64,000 nt of DNA from Sediminispirochaeta sp. (GCA_024763455.1 JANTFL010000002.1:4869-68868); one strand, 5' to 3'; positions 17,307 to 27,325 are shown, counted from the first letter of the stretch. Notes: generated by a model not told the origin, from the sequence alone. Translations and numbers: made by a program.

Positions 17307-18998
17307 GTGATGCTCACTTTTTTGGGGCTCGCTATGCGGTTTTCAGTTTTATCCAGTTACAGGGATATGGAAAATAACGCTTTGAAAGAGCGGCTTATGC
17401 AAATTAAAAACACAATCAATAATGAGTTGGATGGACTTAATAGCACTCTTGCTGACTGGACTGGATGGGATGATACCAAAGATTACGCACTTGGCACGTA
17501 TCCTGAATATATCCAGGATAATATGATGGATGCAAGTTTTACCAATTTAAGTATCAACTTTATATGGATAGGAGATACTGAAGGCCGGGAGCTTTTTGCT
17601 AAAATGGTTGACCTTACCAAAGGTGAAGAAATTCCGTTTCCAGGAGAATTACGGCACTACATCCGTAACCACCCGCAATTAACGCACTTTACAACCGTTA
17701 AGGAGAAAGTGAAGACCTTTTTTGCCACACAGGAAGACCTTGGTATGATCGCAGCGCAACCCGTTCGCGATAGTAATGATAACGGACCGGTTTCCGGGAT
17801 CTTTATTATGGGTAAATATATGGACTCTAACTGGGTAAAAAAAATATCTACAATATCTACTCAGCCTTTTATTGTATACAAGTTTGACGGATCCAACCTG
17901 CCGCTGCCGGTGCAAAAAGCATGTAAGGATTATAAGGACGGTTTGACAGATCCTGTACTGATTACATCGAAACATTCCATCAGCGGATTCACTTTTTTAT
18001 CAGGTCTTGATGGAACCCCCGCAGTCGTTCTCGAGGTTCCACAGCCACGGACTCTTTTTGAAGCAGCATGGAGGAGCCTGGGGTACTTTTTTGGCGTAAC
18101 AACGGCCATAGCAATTCTTTTAATTGTAGTAATGGTTATACTCATCGATCGTTTGGTTTTGCTCCGTCTTATCAACTTAAACAATTTTCTTAACACTATA
18201 TCAGTAAACGGTGACATCACGCAGCGCCTGACTGTAACGGGTAAAGATGAGATTTCTGATCTCATGTATACCCTTAATGGTATGATGGATACCATAGAAC
18301 AGTCTGATCGTGCCTTACAAAAGGCGCATGATCAATTGGAATTAAAGGTTCAAGAACGTACAGCTGAACTTGCAGATATCATTAATGAAAAAAATATCTT
18401 GATAAAAGAGGTTCATCACCGGGTTAAAAATAATCTGCAGATTATTCTGAGCCTGTTAAACATGCAATCGAGAAAGGTCAACGATGAACAAACCTTGTCT
18501 CTCTTGCATGACAGTCAAAGCAGAATAGAGTCTATGGCGCTGGTTCATGAGATGCTTTATCAATCCGATACCCTTGAGAAAATAAATTTCAAAAACTATC
18601 TGGAGAGCTTGGCAAGTAATCTGTTTCAATTATTCTGGAGAGGAGAAAACCCTGTTACATTCTCTTTGGAATGCGGTACAATAGAATTGGAAATAGAAAC
18701 TGCGATTCCCTGCGGTTTACTTGTGAGTGAACTTATCACCAATAGTCTGAAACATGCATTCCCCGTAGGAAGCGGTGTACTCCATATACAATTCTTTCTA
18801 GAATCCGGAAACTACATATTGATTGTAGAAGATAACGGCATAGGTTTCCCTCCCCACTTTGATAGAGATAATTCATCTTCCCTGGGTATGCAGCTGGTTT
18901 CTTCCCTAACCAGACAACTGGATGGAGAGTTGGTGATCAGCAATACTGATGGGGCACATATCGAAGTAACTTTCCCAGCAGGAAGTAATAAAACATGA
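17307..18998 (+). CDS. Membrane sensor histidine kinase, CHASE4-like sensor-TM-HAMP-HisKA_2-HATPase_c
   Basis: LADWTGWDDTKDYALG resembles the CHASE4 WDD motif. TM helix GYFFGVTTAIAILLIVVMVILI, H-box EVHHRVKNNLQII, and ATPase ELITNSLKHAF...DNGIGF. The start is uncertain (see finding). Confidence 0.8.
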   Translation: MMLTFLGLAMRFSVLSSYRDMENNALKERLMQIKNTINNELDGLNSTLADWTGWDDTKDYALGTYPEYIQDNMMDASFTNLSINFIWIGDTEGRELFAKMVDLTKGEEIPFPGELRHYIRNHPQLTHFTTVKEKVKTFFATQEDLGMIAAQPVRDSNDNGPVSGIFIMGKYMDSNWVKKISTISTQPFIVYKFDGSNLPLPVQKACKDYKDGLTDPVLITSKHSISGFTFLSGLDGTPAVVLEVPQPRTLFEAAWRSLGYFFGVTTAIAILLIVVMVILIDRLVLLRLINLNNFLNTISVNGDITQRLTVTGKDEISDLMYTLNGMMDTIEQSDRALQKAHDQLELKVQERTAELADIINEKNILIKEVHHRVKNNLQIILSLLNMQSRKVNDEQTLSLLHDSQSRIESMALVHEMLYQSDTLEKINFKNYLESLASNLFQLFWRGENPVTFSLECGTIELEIETAIPCGLLVSELITNSLKHAFPVGSGVLHIQFFLESGNYILIVEDNGIGFPPHFDRDNSSSLGMQLVSSLTRQLDGELVISNTDGAHIEVTFPAGSNKT

Positions 18999-19393
18999 GA
19001 AATTCAGGGGAGAAACCTAAATATTCTGTTTTAATTGTGGAAGATGAAGGTATTCTTTCAATGGATATTCGATTTCGATTGGAAGACATGGGGTATTTGG
19101 TCGTAGGAATTGCTGATACTGGTGAAAAAGCAATTGAGCTGGCATTATCGGAGAAACCTGACGTGGTTCTCATGGATATGCGGTTAAAATCCAGTATGAC
19201 AGGTATGGAAGCAGCTGCATATATAAAATCCAAGAGCACTATTCCGGTTATTTTTGTTACAGCTTATACAGATCAGGAAACAATGAAACTGGTAAATAGC
19301 CAGCCTGATTCATTTTTAATAAGGAAACCGTTTAATTCCATAACGTTAAAGGATATTCTGGCAAAAGTCCTGGAGAATCATTCTCCTGATTAA
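18995..19393 (+). CDS. Single-domain response regulator (CheY-like receiver)
   Basis: 132 aa with VLIVEDE, phospho-acceptor context PDVVLMDMRL, and ...T...KP. ATGA overlap with the kinase. Confidence 0.88.
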   Translation: MRNSGEKPKYSVLIVEDEGILSMDIRFRLEDMGYLVVGIADTGEKAIELALSEKPDVVLMDMRLKSSMTGMEAAAYIKSKSTIPVIFVTAYTDQETMKLVNSQPDSFLIRKPFNSITLKDILAKVLENHSPD

Positions 19394-19524
19394 TAACGTT
19401 TCTACTTGGCAAGCAACTGTACCACACACTATCTCTGGAAGAGTGGGATTCGGGAATAATGTTAACTCAATATTCCCAGTGTTAAAGGTGTTCTAGGATC
19501 ATGACAATTTATCCGCTAATGTAG

Positions 19525-20205
19525 CTACAACAAACTATTCAGCTCCTTGAGTTTTTTTAAGAGATCCTGAAGTCTGCCGGGGCTCTGAAAGTTCTTCATA
19601 CTCCACACAACAACGTCATTATAGAAAAAAACGCCATCCTGGGAGTTTAAAATACTTTTAAGCGAAGCAATAGTCTCTTCCCCGGCAATTGTACTTTTTA
19701 AAGCTGCGGGATCTGTTGTAAGGACCCAATCCCAGTCAGGATCTGACACATCCTGAAGCACGCCGTCTGCAACAGTCCCTGCAAGTTTCTTCATTATTTT
19801 TGGTACTGAAAGAAAATAGAAGTTCGGCCCCGGTGTCTTTCTGGAAATAACAAAAACGGAGTATTCATCATGAATACCGTGTCCCTGCGTTCTTCTTTCA
19901 CGGTAGGTATAGTTGGCAAAAAAGAAATCCAACCCCTCAAAGGTACCATGGATAACATCCTTGACGGTGTGAGTACTGTTCGAGCTTCTGTTTATGGTAA
20001 ACAGGCTTGAAGAAAGCACTTCCTCAAGATTCCTTACATCCGGTTCTTTATTGTAAGACCAGCCGTTCTTCTCAGCTAGAGCACCGTATCCCTTCTTCTT
20101 AAGAATTCCCCGGATACCCATTACAATCAGCGTTACAACAAGAGCAGTAAAAAACAACGCCATCAGTATCAGCGGCAGCAGGGCTTTTAATGCAGACATA
20201 AACAA
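19525..20205 (-). CDS. Membrane-anchored hypothetical protein (DUF3137-like?)
   Basis: N-terminal TM helix. SD AGGAGG and an upstream TTGCAC, 17-nt spacer, TATAAT promoter on the minus strand (about 20230-20258). The family assignment is tentative. Confidence 0.55.
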   Translation of the reverse strand: MFMSALKALLPLILMALFFTALVVTLIVMGIRGILKKKGYGALAEKNGWSYNKEPDVRNLEEVLSSSLFTINRSSNSTHTVKDVIHGTFEGLDFFFANYTYRERRTQGHGIHDEYSVFVISRKTPGPNFYFLSVPKIMKKLAGTVADGVLQDVSDPDWDWVLTTDPAALKSTIAGEETIASLKSILNSQDGVFFYNDVVVWSMKNFQSPGRLQDLLKKLKELNSLL

Positions 20206-20288
20206 CCTCCTGTTTAATCCTGATTATACTTGACCCGGGTAAGGAGTGCAAATATTTTTTGGTTTAGCGCAGCTCAGAGGTTTTCCAC

Positions 20289-21026
20289 TCAGCACTTTAT
20301 CCCCTGCCTGCCGGTATAATCAATCCGGGATAGAAAAATCGGCTTCTCAGCAAAGTATTCATCCACCGCTTTACGGGCTCCTTTGAAGTGCCCGTAATCA
20401 TCTATCTGCAGAATCCCCCCCCTGCTTAAAAGGGGATACAAAACTTCCAGCTCCTTTGCAGTAGAAGCATACCAGTCAGTATCCAGCCGAAGAATTGAAA
20501 CAGATTCCGGTACCCTTTCATCCAGTGTATTCTCCACATCCCCCTCTATAAAGACAAAGGGAGACATATCGGAAACGACTGATTCAACCATTTCCCGGAC
20601 AGTCTCAACCCCGACGGCCCATGAACTGAATCCGTTGTTCTTCCACCGCTCCATGACATCTGCACCGTTCCATGCGATAACATCTTCACCGGTAGGTTTA
20701 GTCATTCCCGAAAAGGTATCGTACATGTAAATCTTTCTGTTTTTCTCCTGCAGGTTTTCAAGGGTTAAAGCCATAAGCATACAGGCGCCCCCCTTCCATA
20801 CCCCGCATTCCACAAAATCACCGGGGATACCGCCGGATACAACATATTCCACGCTCTTGTAAAGGGAATAGCCCCGTTCAACAGAAATCATTGTATAATC
20901 CTGTACCCTTTCCCATATCCCAAGGAAATCCTCTTCCATATCAGTCAGATACTGGGAGGGAGGAATAACTCCCCATCCGTCTCTTTTTAAAACTTCGGCA
21001 GCTTCCTCTGCAGCAAAACTGCTCAT
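20289..21026 (-). CDS. TylF/MycF-family class I SAM-dependent O-methyltransferase
   Basis: GDFVECGVWKGGACMLMA and ILRLDTDWYASTAKELEVLYPLLSRGGILQIDDYG match the macrocin-O-methyltransferase (PF05711) pattern. ATGA overlap with ligA. Confidence 0.8.
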   Translation of the reverse strand: MSSFAAEEAAEVLKRDGWGVIPPSQYLTDMEEDFLGIWERVQDYTMISVERGYSLYKSVEYVVSGGIPGDFVECGVWKGGACMLMALTLENLQEKNRKIYMYDTFSGMTKPTGEDVIAWNGADVMERWKNNGFSSWAVGVETVREMVESVVSDMSPFVFIEGDVENTLDERVPESVSILRLDTDWYASTAKELEVLYPLLSRGGILQIDDYGHFKGARKAVDEYFAEKPIFLSRIDYTGRQGIKC

Positions 21027-23077
21027 TGTGGTTCGCCCTCTTTCAGCATTTCCATAAACTCCTCCTCAGATACTATTCTAACCCCGAGCTGCCGTGCTTT
21101 GGCAAGTTTGCTTCCGGCATTCTCCCCTGCAAGAAGGTGGGTTGTTTTACCGGTAACCGAAGAAGTGCTCCGCCCTCCCCTTTTTTCGATCTCCTCTACT
21201 GCACGGGACCGTGGTTTAAAATTTTCAAAACTTCCGGTTACACACCACACTTGAGATTCAAAAGACTGCACCGGAACATCCTCCAGGTCTTTCTTTTCCT
21301 CTTCAAAGTTGAGTCCCGCTTTTTTGAGTTCTTCAATCAACCTGATATTCTCTTCCCGTCTTAATTCATCAAGGATGGTTCCTGCAGTTTTTTCTCCTAC
21401 CCCTTTAATTGCAAGAAGAGCATCGGTATCTTTTTTCAGTGCCAATTCCAGAAGAGAATCAATAGAGTTAAATCCTGCATCTATCAAGAGCTGGGCAGCT
21501 TTTTTCCCCAGTTCCGGGATTCCCAGGGACGGAAGGACCCTCCTGTACGGTACATTCCTGCTTTTCTCCAGTCCCTGCTTAATAAGTTCAATCTTCTTTT
21601 TCCCGAATCCCGGTTCATTCTCCAGAAGATCATAGTTAAAAAAGTACAAATCTCCGATCCCTGAAATATACCCTTTATGTATAAGAAACTCAGCTGTCTC
21701 GGGACCAAAATTCTCAATATCCATCTGATCCCTTCCAATAAAATGAAATATTCTCCCCTTAACCTGGGCAGGGCATTCAGGATTTATGCAGAAATGGTGA
21801 GCGCCGTTTTTAACAAGGGGTTCTCCGCAGGAGGGACAGGTTTCTGGCATTTTCCACACCGGCTCTCCAGCCTCATTTTTCTCAGTTACCCGCTCTACTG
21901 CAGGAATCACATCTCCCCTTCTTGAAACAACGACCCTGTCCCCAATGGAGAGTTCCAGCATGTTAATATAATCCTGATTATGCAGAGTAACGTTTGAGAT
22001 TGTTGAACCCCCGATTGATACAGCATCCACCCGTGCAACCGGGGTAATCCTGCCTGTCCTCCCCACCTGTACATCAATTGACCGTACTGTAGTCTCCCCT
22101 TCCGGTGATTCAAACTTGTACGCTATTGCCCAGCGGGGGTGATGCCCCGTATATCCCAATTCCTCTCTGACATCTATCTCGTTTACTTTTACCACAAGAC
22201 CGTCTATCTCATAGGGGAGGGAATCTCTTTCAACAACTGCCCTGTCGATATAATCCGGAATATCTTCGAAGGTTCCACAGAACCACTTCTGGGTAATCTC
22301 TGAAAATGGCTTTCGTTGAGCGCCGAATACACCTATTCTGCTGCTGATCTTGAAACCTAGGGATTCCAGATAGAGAAGGATCTCTACATGATTTCTACCC
22401 GATTCTTCAAGAAATCCTTCGTAAATAAAAATATCCAGAGGGACAGCGGCTACCTCTGAACTCTTCAGCCGCCGGAGGGTCCCTGCTGCCAGATTTCTGG
22501 GATTTGCATAAGGAGTTTCCATCAAGCTGTTTATCTTTGAAAAACTCTCTACCGGAAGAAAAATCTCCCCCCTGACCGCAATAGTGACATTTTCAGTCAA
22601 TCTCAGGGGAACAGAACGGATGGTCTTAACGTTGGCAGTTATATCGTTCCCCCGCATCCCGTTGCCCCGGGTAACAGCACGTGTCAGGATACCATTTTCA
22701 TAGTACAGAACGATGGAAGAACCATCAATCTTCTCCTCTATGGAAAAGGTCAGATCCCGGCTGCTCTTTGCAGCGGTTTTTTCTATCCAGGAAAGAATCT
22801 CTCCGGTTGTATATGCCTTATCGAGGCTCAACACCGGGATTGTATGATCAACCTCCGGGAAATCGTTAGTCAAATCCGACCCGACCCTTAAGGTGGGGGA
22901 ATCAGGCAAGGCCAACTCAGGGTGTTCTCTCTCCAGTGTAAGCAGACGGTCAAAAAGCCTGTCATATTCCCGATCACTTACCTGCGAGACTCCCTCTTTG
23001 TAGTAGGAGTCCTGATATAAAGTAAGGAGATCAGAAAGTTTTCTGATCTCCTTTATAATTTCATCTTTACCCATCAA
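21023..23077 (-). CDS. ligA: NAD+-dependent DNA ligase
   Basis: 684 aa. Adenylation motif EEKIDGSS, Zn finger CPSCGEPL...HHFCINPECPAQ, HhH repeats, and a C-terminal BRCT domain (WCVTGSFENF). Confidence 0.96.
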   Translation of the reverse strand: MMGKDEIIKEIRKLSDLLTLYQDSYYKEGVSQVSDREYDRLFDRLLTLEREHPELALPDSPTLRVGSDLTNDFPEVDHTIPVLSLDKAYTTGEILSWIEKTAAKSSRDLTFSIEEKIDGSSIVLYYENGILTRAVTRGNGMRGNDITANVKTIRSVPLRLTENVTIAVRGEIFLPVESFSKINSLMETPYANPRNLAAGTLRRLKSSEVAAVPLDIFIYEGFLEESGRNHVEILLYLESLGFKISSRIGVFGAQRKPFSEITQKWFCGTFEDIPDYIDRAVVERDSLPYEIDGLVVKVNEIDVREELGYTGHHPRWAIAYKFESPEGETTVRSIDVQVGRTGRITPVARVDAVSIGGSTISNVTLHNQDYINMLELSIGDRVVVSRRGDVIPAVERVTEKNEAGEPVWKMPETCPSCGEPLVKNGAHHFCINPECPAQVKGRIFHFIGRDQMDIENFGPETAEFLIHKGYISGIGDLYFFNYDLLENEPGFGKKKIELIKQGLEKSRNVPYRRVLPSLGIPELGKKAAQLLIDAGFNSIDSLLELALKKDTDALLAIKGVGEKTAGTILDELRREENIRLIEELKKAGLNFEEEKKDLEDVPVQSFESQVWCVTGSFENFKPRSRAVEEIEKRGGRSTSSVTGKTTHLLAGENAGSKLAKARQLGVRIVSEEEFMEMLKEGEPQ

Positions 23078-23078
23078 T

Positions 23079-24710
23079 TCACTTACCCTTTCTCAAGAAT
23101 GCGTCTTTATAGCCTTCAGCTTTGAAGTTAAAAAGCAGCGTCCCCCCTTCATCCTCATTCAGTGGACCTACCATTACCCTGTAGCTTACCTTATCCTTGT
23201 CATTTCCCACAAGTACCGTAACAGGATATCTGTCAACCAGGGTATCTGCAAACCCCTTTGCCGCATATTCCTCTTTATACGCTCCCAGCTGAAGATAATA
23301 TGCATTCTTATCCAGTTCTCCGGTAACAAGATAGGGCTTATTCAGGGCTACAACTTCCGCAGCACCCCGTTCTACCGCTTCGGCAATAGCTGCTGGAACC
23401 TCTTTGGGAGCCTTTTCCGGAATAACTTGTTCTGTTATCTTTTCAGGCTCAGGCGGTTTGGGTTCCGCAGGTTTCAGAACGATCTCCACATTTTCTGCCG
23501 GCTTTTTAACAACTTTTTCTTCTGTTTTTTCTTCTACTGCATCAGGGACGTGAATCTCTTTTATCTCGGGAGCAGCGATAGCAACGTCTACAGCAGGTTC
23601 CTGTGTTGCAGCAGCCTGACCAAGAGCAACTACTTCCGGAAGGTCTTCTGTTCTTGCGGCTTTAACCGGAGTAAGTTCCGGGATACTTACAGGCGGGGTA
23701 GTAAAATTTTTCTCCTCCGGGTAAGCGATAAGATTGACAACTTCGGGAGTTTCCCTTTCTGTCTTGGCAATCTCCGGAAGAGAATCTGCTCTAAATCCCC
23801 TTGTCTCCGGAACCGGGACCTCCGGTTTGCTGAATGCAACGACACTGGGTACCTCGGTGAGGACCTCTTCCACGGCTAGCAGCTCCGGCAATGGAGCCGA
23901 AACTGCAGGTAAGGGAGAGATTCCGGGAGAAACCCCGGGAATTACTGTTAACTGAGGAGAATCTGCTTCCTCTACGACTGTTTCAACAGGTACAGGGGGC
24001 GGAGTTTCTGCTTCTTTTTCCGGTTCAGGAGCAGGAACCTCGATTTTTTCTGTCTTGTCCTGAGATTCCACAGCAGCTGTTACTTCAGGAGCCTTTTCGG
24101 CAGAAGGAGACTCTTCTTTAGAGGCAGTTTCTTTTATTGGTTCCGCCTTTTCTACAGGGGCGGCAGTCGTCTCTACCTCCTCAGGGAGAACAGGCTCTAT
24201 CTTCTGCTCCGGAACAGGCACTGAGGTATTCCCATCCAGCTCATTGTTTATGTACTCCTCTATCAAGGCAAGTTCGCCTTCGTCCCCTCCGGCTGAAGGA
24301 TTTATCTCCGGATCCTGACTCAAAACTTTATCGGATTTGGATTCAGCCCCATTGCTTTGTGAGGAAACAGGAAGTAACACCGTCCCGTTTATAACACTGC
24401 CTCTTGCTATTCCCAATTCTGCCGCAGCACCGCCGGAAAGGGAAAGAAATATGGAAGGATTGTCCAGCCTTTTTGTTATGACAACTTCAATCTGCCTGCC
24501 GTTCTGAGGGTTGGTTACAACAACTTTTGAGTTTATCGGAAAAGCGTTTGAGGCGCCGTACATACCCTCTTCAGGAAGTGTACCGTATGCAGCAGTAGTT
24601 ATAGAACCTTCCCAGAAGGAATCAGCAAACAGTATAGGGCTGCTAAATAAGAATACAGCAATAGAAACAGCAATGGCTACTACAATACCCTTATTCGTTA
24701 AATGTAACAT
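23079..24710 (-). CDS. RlpA-like (DPBB) protein with long Pro/Glu/Val-rich linker and C-terminal SPOR domain
   Basis: The N-terminus after the signal peptide, GMYGASNAFPINSKVVVTNPQNGRQIEVVITKRLD, is RlpA-like. The C-terminus YYLQLGAYKEEYAAKGFADTL...YRVMVGPL is SPOR-like. About 340 aa of low complexity lie in between. Confidence 0.8.
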   Translation of the reverse strand: MLHLTNKGIVVAIAVSIAVFLFSSPILFADSFWEGSITTAAYGTLPEEGMYGASNAFPINSKVVVTNPQNGRQIEVVITKRLDNPSIFLSLSGGAAAELGIARGSVINGTVLLPVSSQSNGAESKSDKVLSQDPEINPSAGGDEGELALIEEYINNELDGNTSVPVPEQKIEPVLPEEVETTAAPVEKAEPIKETASKEESPSAEKAPEVTAAVESQDKTEKIEVPAPEPEKEAETPPPVPVETVVEEADSPQLTVIPGVSPGISPLPAVSAPLPELLAVEEVLTEVPSVVAFSKPEVPVPETRGFRADSLPEIAKTERETPEVVNLIAYPEEKNFTTPPVSIPELTPVKAARTEDLPEVVALGQAAATQEPAVDVAIAAPEIKEIHVPDAVEEKTEEKVVKKPAENVEIVLKPAEPKPPEPEKITEQVIPEKAPKEVPAAIAEAVERGAAEVVALNKPYLVTGELDKNAYYLQLGAYKEEYAAKGFADTLVDRYPVTVLVGNDKDKVSYRVMVGPLNEDEGGTLLFNFKAEGYKDAFLRKGK

Positions 24711-24766
24711 AGAAAAATACCTCTAGCTCTATTGTCGGGGTGAACAGGACTGCAGGTTAGCGGAAA

Positions 24767-25246
24767 TTATAAAAAGTCCAAAATATTCTGGATCATCCGT
24801 TTTCCCATATTCTCAAGCTTTTCTTCCTCTGTCTCCTGTTCTCCGCTGCTGACGATTCTGGAGACGCCGTCGGTTAACAGTTTCCCCGAAATTACGTTAA
24901 AAAGCCTGTAATCGGCATACTCCGGGATCTCTTTTTCATCCTCCACCCTGTAGTAAAGATGAATCTCTATCAGAATTGAGGCTCCTCCGGCTTTAGCGGT
25001 GAGAAAATCTTCCGGCTCTTTATAATTATCCAGGCCCCTTTTTACAACCGGCTTGATTGATGAATCGTTAAATACAATATGTCCAGCATCAAACAGGGTC
25101 TTGAATATACCGTCTTCCATATAGGGGACACTTGTTTTTAAGGTTTTCTCTGTTCCTTCGGAGACCGTATAAATAAATATTGTCTTAGCAGATATCGATG
25201 CGCCGGTCAGAACAACCAATAGTAAAAATATGTATAATCGTTTCAT
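24767..25246 (-). CDS. Exported hypothetical protein (159 aa)
   Basis: Signal peptide MKRLYIFLLLVVLTGASISA. No family recognised. Confidence 0.5.
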   Translation of the reverse strand: MKRLYIFLLLVVLTGASISAKTIFIYTVSEGTEKTLKTSVPYMEDGIFKTLFDAGHIVFNDSSIKPVVKRGLDNYKEPEDFLTAKAGGASILIEIHLYYRVEDEKEIPEYADYRLFNVISGKLLTDGVSRIVSSGEQETEEEKLENMGKRMIQNILDFL

Positions 25247-25277
25247 ACCCGATCTATCGGCAAAAATCCCGGCAGTA

Positions 25278-25306
25278 TTGAAGATATTGCTATAGCGTGA
25301 TAATTT
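25278..25306 (+). promoter_or_regulatory. Putative sigma-70 promoter, leaderless-type (NusG paralogue)
   Basis: TTGAAG 25278-25283, 17-nt spacer, TAATTT 25301-25306. ATG 25312 lies 5 nt downstream with no SD. Confidence 0.45.
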
Positions 25307-25311
25307 GTCGT

Positions 25312-25866
25312 ATGAATTACTTTGTACTTCAGGTGCTGACAGGCGAGGAACAGAAGTTTATCAAATTGGCTCAATACAATCTCGCTGCAGAGCATACCGC
25401 TGGTCTTGAACAGGTTCATTTCATCTGGCCGAAAAGAAAACTTACCATACGCAGGAGGGGTAAACTTACCGATAAGGTCGCGTCTATTTTCCCCGGCTAT
25501 GTTTTTTTGCAGACAGAGACTATAGATCCCGATTTATACTGGATATTGAAAAGAACCTCCGGGTTTGTACGCTTTATGAAGAATAACAAAGAGATAGAGC
25601 CTATACATGGTGATGATAAAAAACTTCTTCTTCATTTCCTCTCCTTTGGGGAAATTGTAGAAAAATCCAGGGTATGGTTTGACAAGGATAATGTCATCCG
25701 TGTTGCCAGCGGCCCCATGAAAGGACTGGAAGGACGAATAATAAAGGTGGACAGAAGGAAAAAACGTGCTAAGATCAAATTATCGCTTTATGATGAATCC
25801 TTCAAGATTGATTTTGGATTTGAAATTTTGGAAAAAGTAGAAGATGAAAAAGAAAGAAAAAAATAG
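25312..25866 (+). CDS. Specialised NusG paralogue (NGN + KOW), operon-specific antiterminator candidate
   Basis: NGN domain MNYFVLQVLTGEEQKF...IFPGYVFLQ and KOW domain VIRVASGPMKGLEGRIIKVDRRKKRAKIKL. No neighbouring secE/rplK, so this is not the housekeeping nusG context. Confidence 0.8.
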   Translation: MNYFVLQVLTGEEQKFIKLAQYNLAAEHTAGLEQVHFIWPKRKLTIRRRGKLTDKVASIFPGYVFLQTETIDPDLYWILKRTSGFVRFMKNNKEIEPIHGDDKKLLLHFLSFGEIVEKSRVWFDKDNVIRVASGPMKGLEGRIIKVDRRKKRAKIKLSLYDESFKIDFGFEILEKVEDEKERKK

Positions 25867-27325
25867 GATCTTAATTGTTGGAGCAGGATTTGCCGGAAGA
25901 GGGCTTGCCTCAGAGCTTTCTTCCAAAGGGATACTCGGAGAGGTCGTTGCATTCCTTGATGATGATGAGGAAAAGATCGGTTCACACATCGACGGGATTC
26001 CGGTATATGGACCGATAAACACCATTGAAGAGGTGAAAAAGAGGTGTTCCCCGGATGAAACGATTGTAGCCATCCCCAGAGCCTCAAGATCTCAGTTAAA
26101 AAGGGTGTATAGCGCTTTAAAACTTGCAGGAATTAAAAACATACGTATACTCCCGGGGATTTCCCAAATTATTGAGGGGGAAGCACATCTTATACAAACT
26201 CGAGAGATCAAAGTCCAGGACCTTCTTGCCAGAAGACCGGTAATGATCAGCCTGAAGGAGAGCCTGGAATACCTGCGGGGGAAAAGGGTGCTTATAACAG
26301 GCGCAGGAGGGAGTATCGGCAGTGAACTAGCCAGACAGCTTTTATATGGAGGGGCAAGCAGGCTCTACCTTTTCGATCATGGAGAGAACAACGTCTACGA
26401 GATAGACAAGGAACTCAAGATCCTTCAGGAAGAGGGAGTCGGTGAAGCCGCCATGGTGGTACCTATAATCGGGGAACTGCAGGACAGAGACTTTGTTAAC
26501 TTTATTATTAAAAGACTGAAAGCTGATGTCATTTTCCACTGTGCGGCCTACAAACATGTCCCTTTAATTGAAGAAAACCCTGTAGAAGCAGTAAAAAACA
26601 ATGTGTTTGGCACAAAAAACATAGTAGAGGCGGCAAAGAATGCCGGTGTTTCAAGGTTTGTTTTCATATCAACTGACAAGGCTGTAGAACCCTCCAGTAT
26701 CTATGGAGCCAGTAAGCTTATTGCAGAAGAACTCATCCTTTCAAACAATGGAGAGGGTACTGAATTTATGGTTGTCAGATTCGGCAATGTGCTGGGATCT
26801 ATGGGCAGTATCGTTCCCCTCTTTACCAAACAAATTCAAAAAGGTGGTCCGGTAACCATTACCGATGAGAGGGCAAAAAGGTTTTTTATGACCATACCCG
26901 AAGCAGCATCACTGGTACTCAAAACCGGAGGTGTGGGGAAAGGGGGGAATCTATACATCCTTGAGATGGGAGAACCCATATTGATCAAGGAGCTTGCCGA
27001 ACAGATGATCCGTTTTTACGGGTTTGTCCCCGGTAAGGAGATAAAGCTTGAGTACATCGGTCTCCGTCCGGGGGAAAAGCTTACCGAGCATCTCTGGACC
27101 GAGGAAGATGAGGTTGTCAAAACTGAATATCCCGGCATTATACGCTTAAAACACCGGAGTAGACTGAATGGAAGACTGGACAGTCTTATATCCAAACTTA
27201 AGGAAGTATGCTTTACCGAAGACGGGAGAAGCAGCCCCCGTTACCGGAACAGGATCTACTTACGCTCTTCCCTGAAAGAAGTTATCCCTTCAATTCCGTG
27301 GGTCAAAAATGAACCAGAAGTCTAA
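25844..27325 (+). CDS. Nucleotide-sugar 4,6-dehydratase, CapD/PglF/WbpM family (soluble form, no TM region)
   Basis: ILIVGAGFAGRGLA (CoA-binding-like domain), then VLITGAGGSIGSEL, HCAAYKHVP and STDKAVEPSSIYGASK (SDR YxxxK). Confidence 0.88.
   Translation: MKKKEKNRILIVGAGFAGRGLASELSSKGILGEVVAFLDDDEEKIGSHIDGIPVYGPINTIEEVKKRCSPDETIVAIPRASRSQLKRVYSALKLAGIKNIRILPGISQIIEGEAHLIQTREIKVQDLLARRPVMISLKESLEYLRGKRVLITGAGGSIGSELARQLLYGGASRLYLFDHGENNVYEIDKELKILQEEGVGEAAMVVPIIGELQDRDFVNFIIKRLKADVIFHCAAYKHVPLIEENPVEAVKNNVFGTKNIVEAAKNAGVSRFVFISTDKAVEPSSIYGASKLIAEELILSNNGEGTEFMVVRFGNVLGSMGSIVPLFTKQIQKGGPVTITDERAKRFFMTIPEAASLVLKTGGVGKGGNLYILEMGEPILIKELAEQMIRFYGFVPGKEIKLEYIGLRPGEKLTEHLWTEEDEVVKTEYPGIIRLKHRSRLNGRLDSLISKLKEVCFTEDGRSSPRYRNRIYLRSSLKEVIPSIPWVKNEPEV

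Noticed and set aside
23345-24368. Possible tandem-repeat or CRISPR-like region, with a stack of plus-strand ORFs (23427-23879, 23734-23955, 23891-24121, 24137-24394).
   Set aside because: The region encodes the Pro/Glu/Val/Ala-rich linker of the RlpA-SPOR protein on the minus strand. I see compositional bias (recurring PE, PEV and EK strings) but no exact periodic DNA repeat. The plus-strand ORFs are artefacts of that bias.
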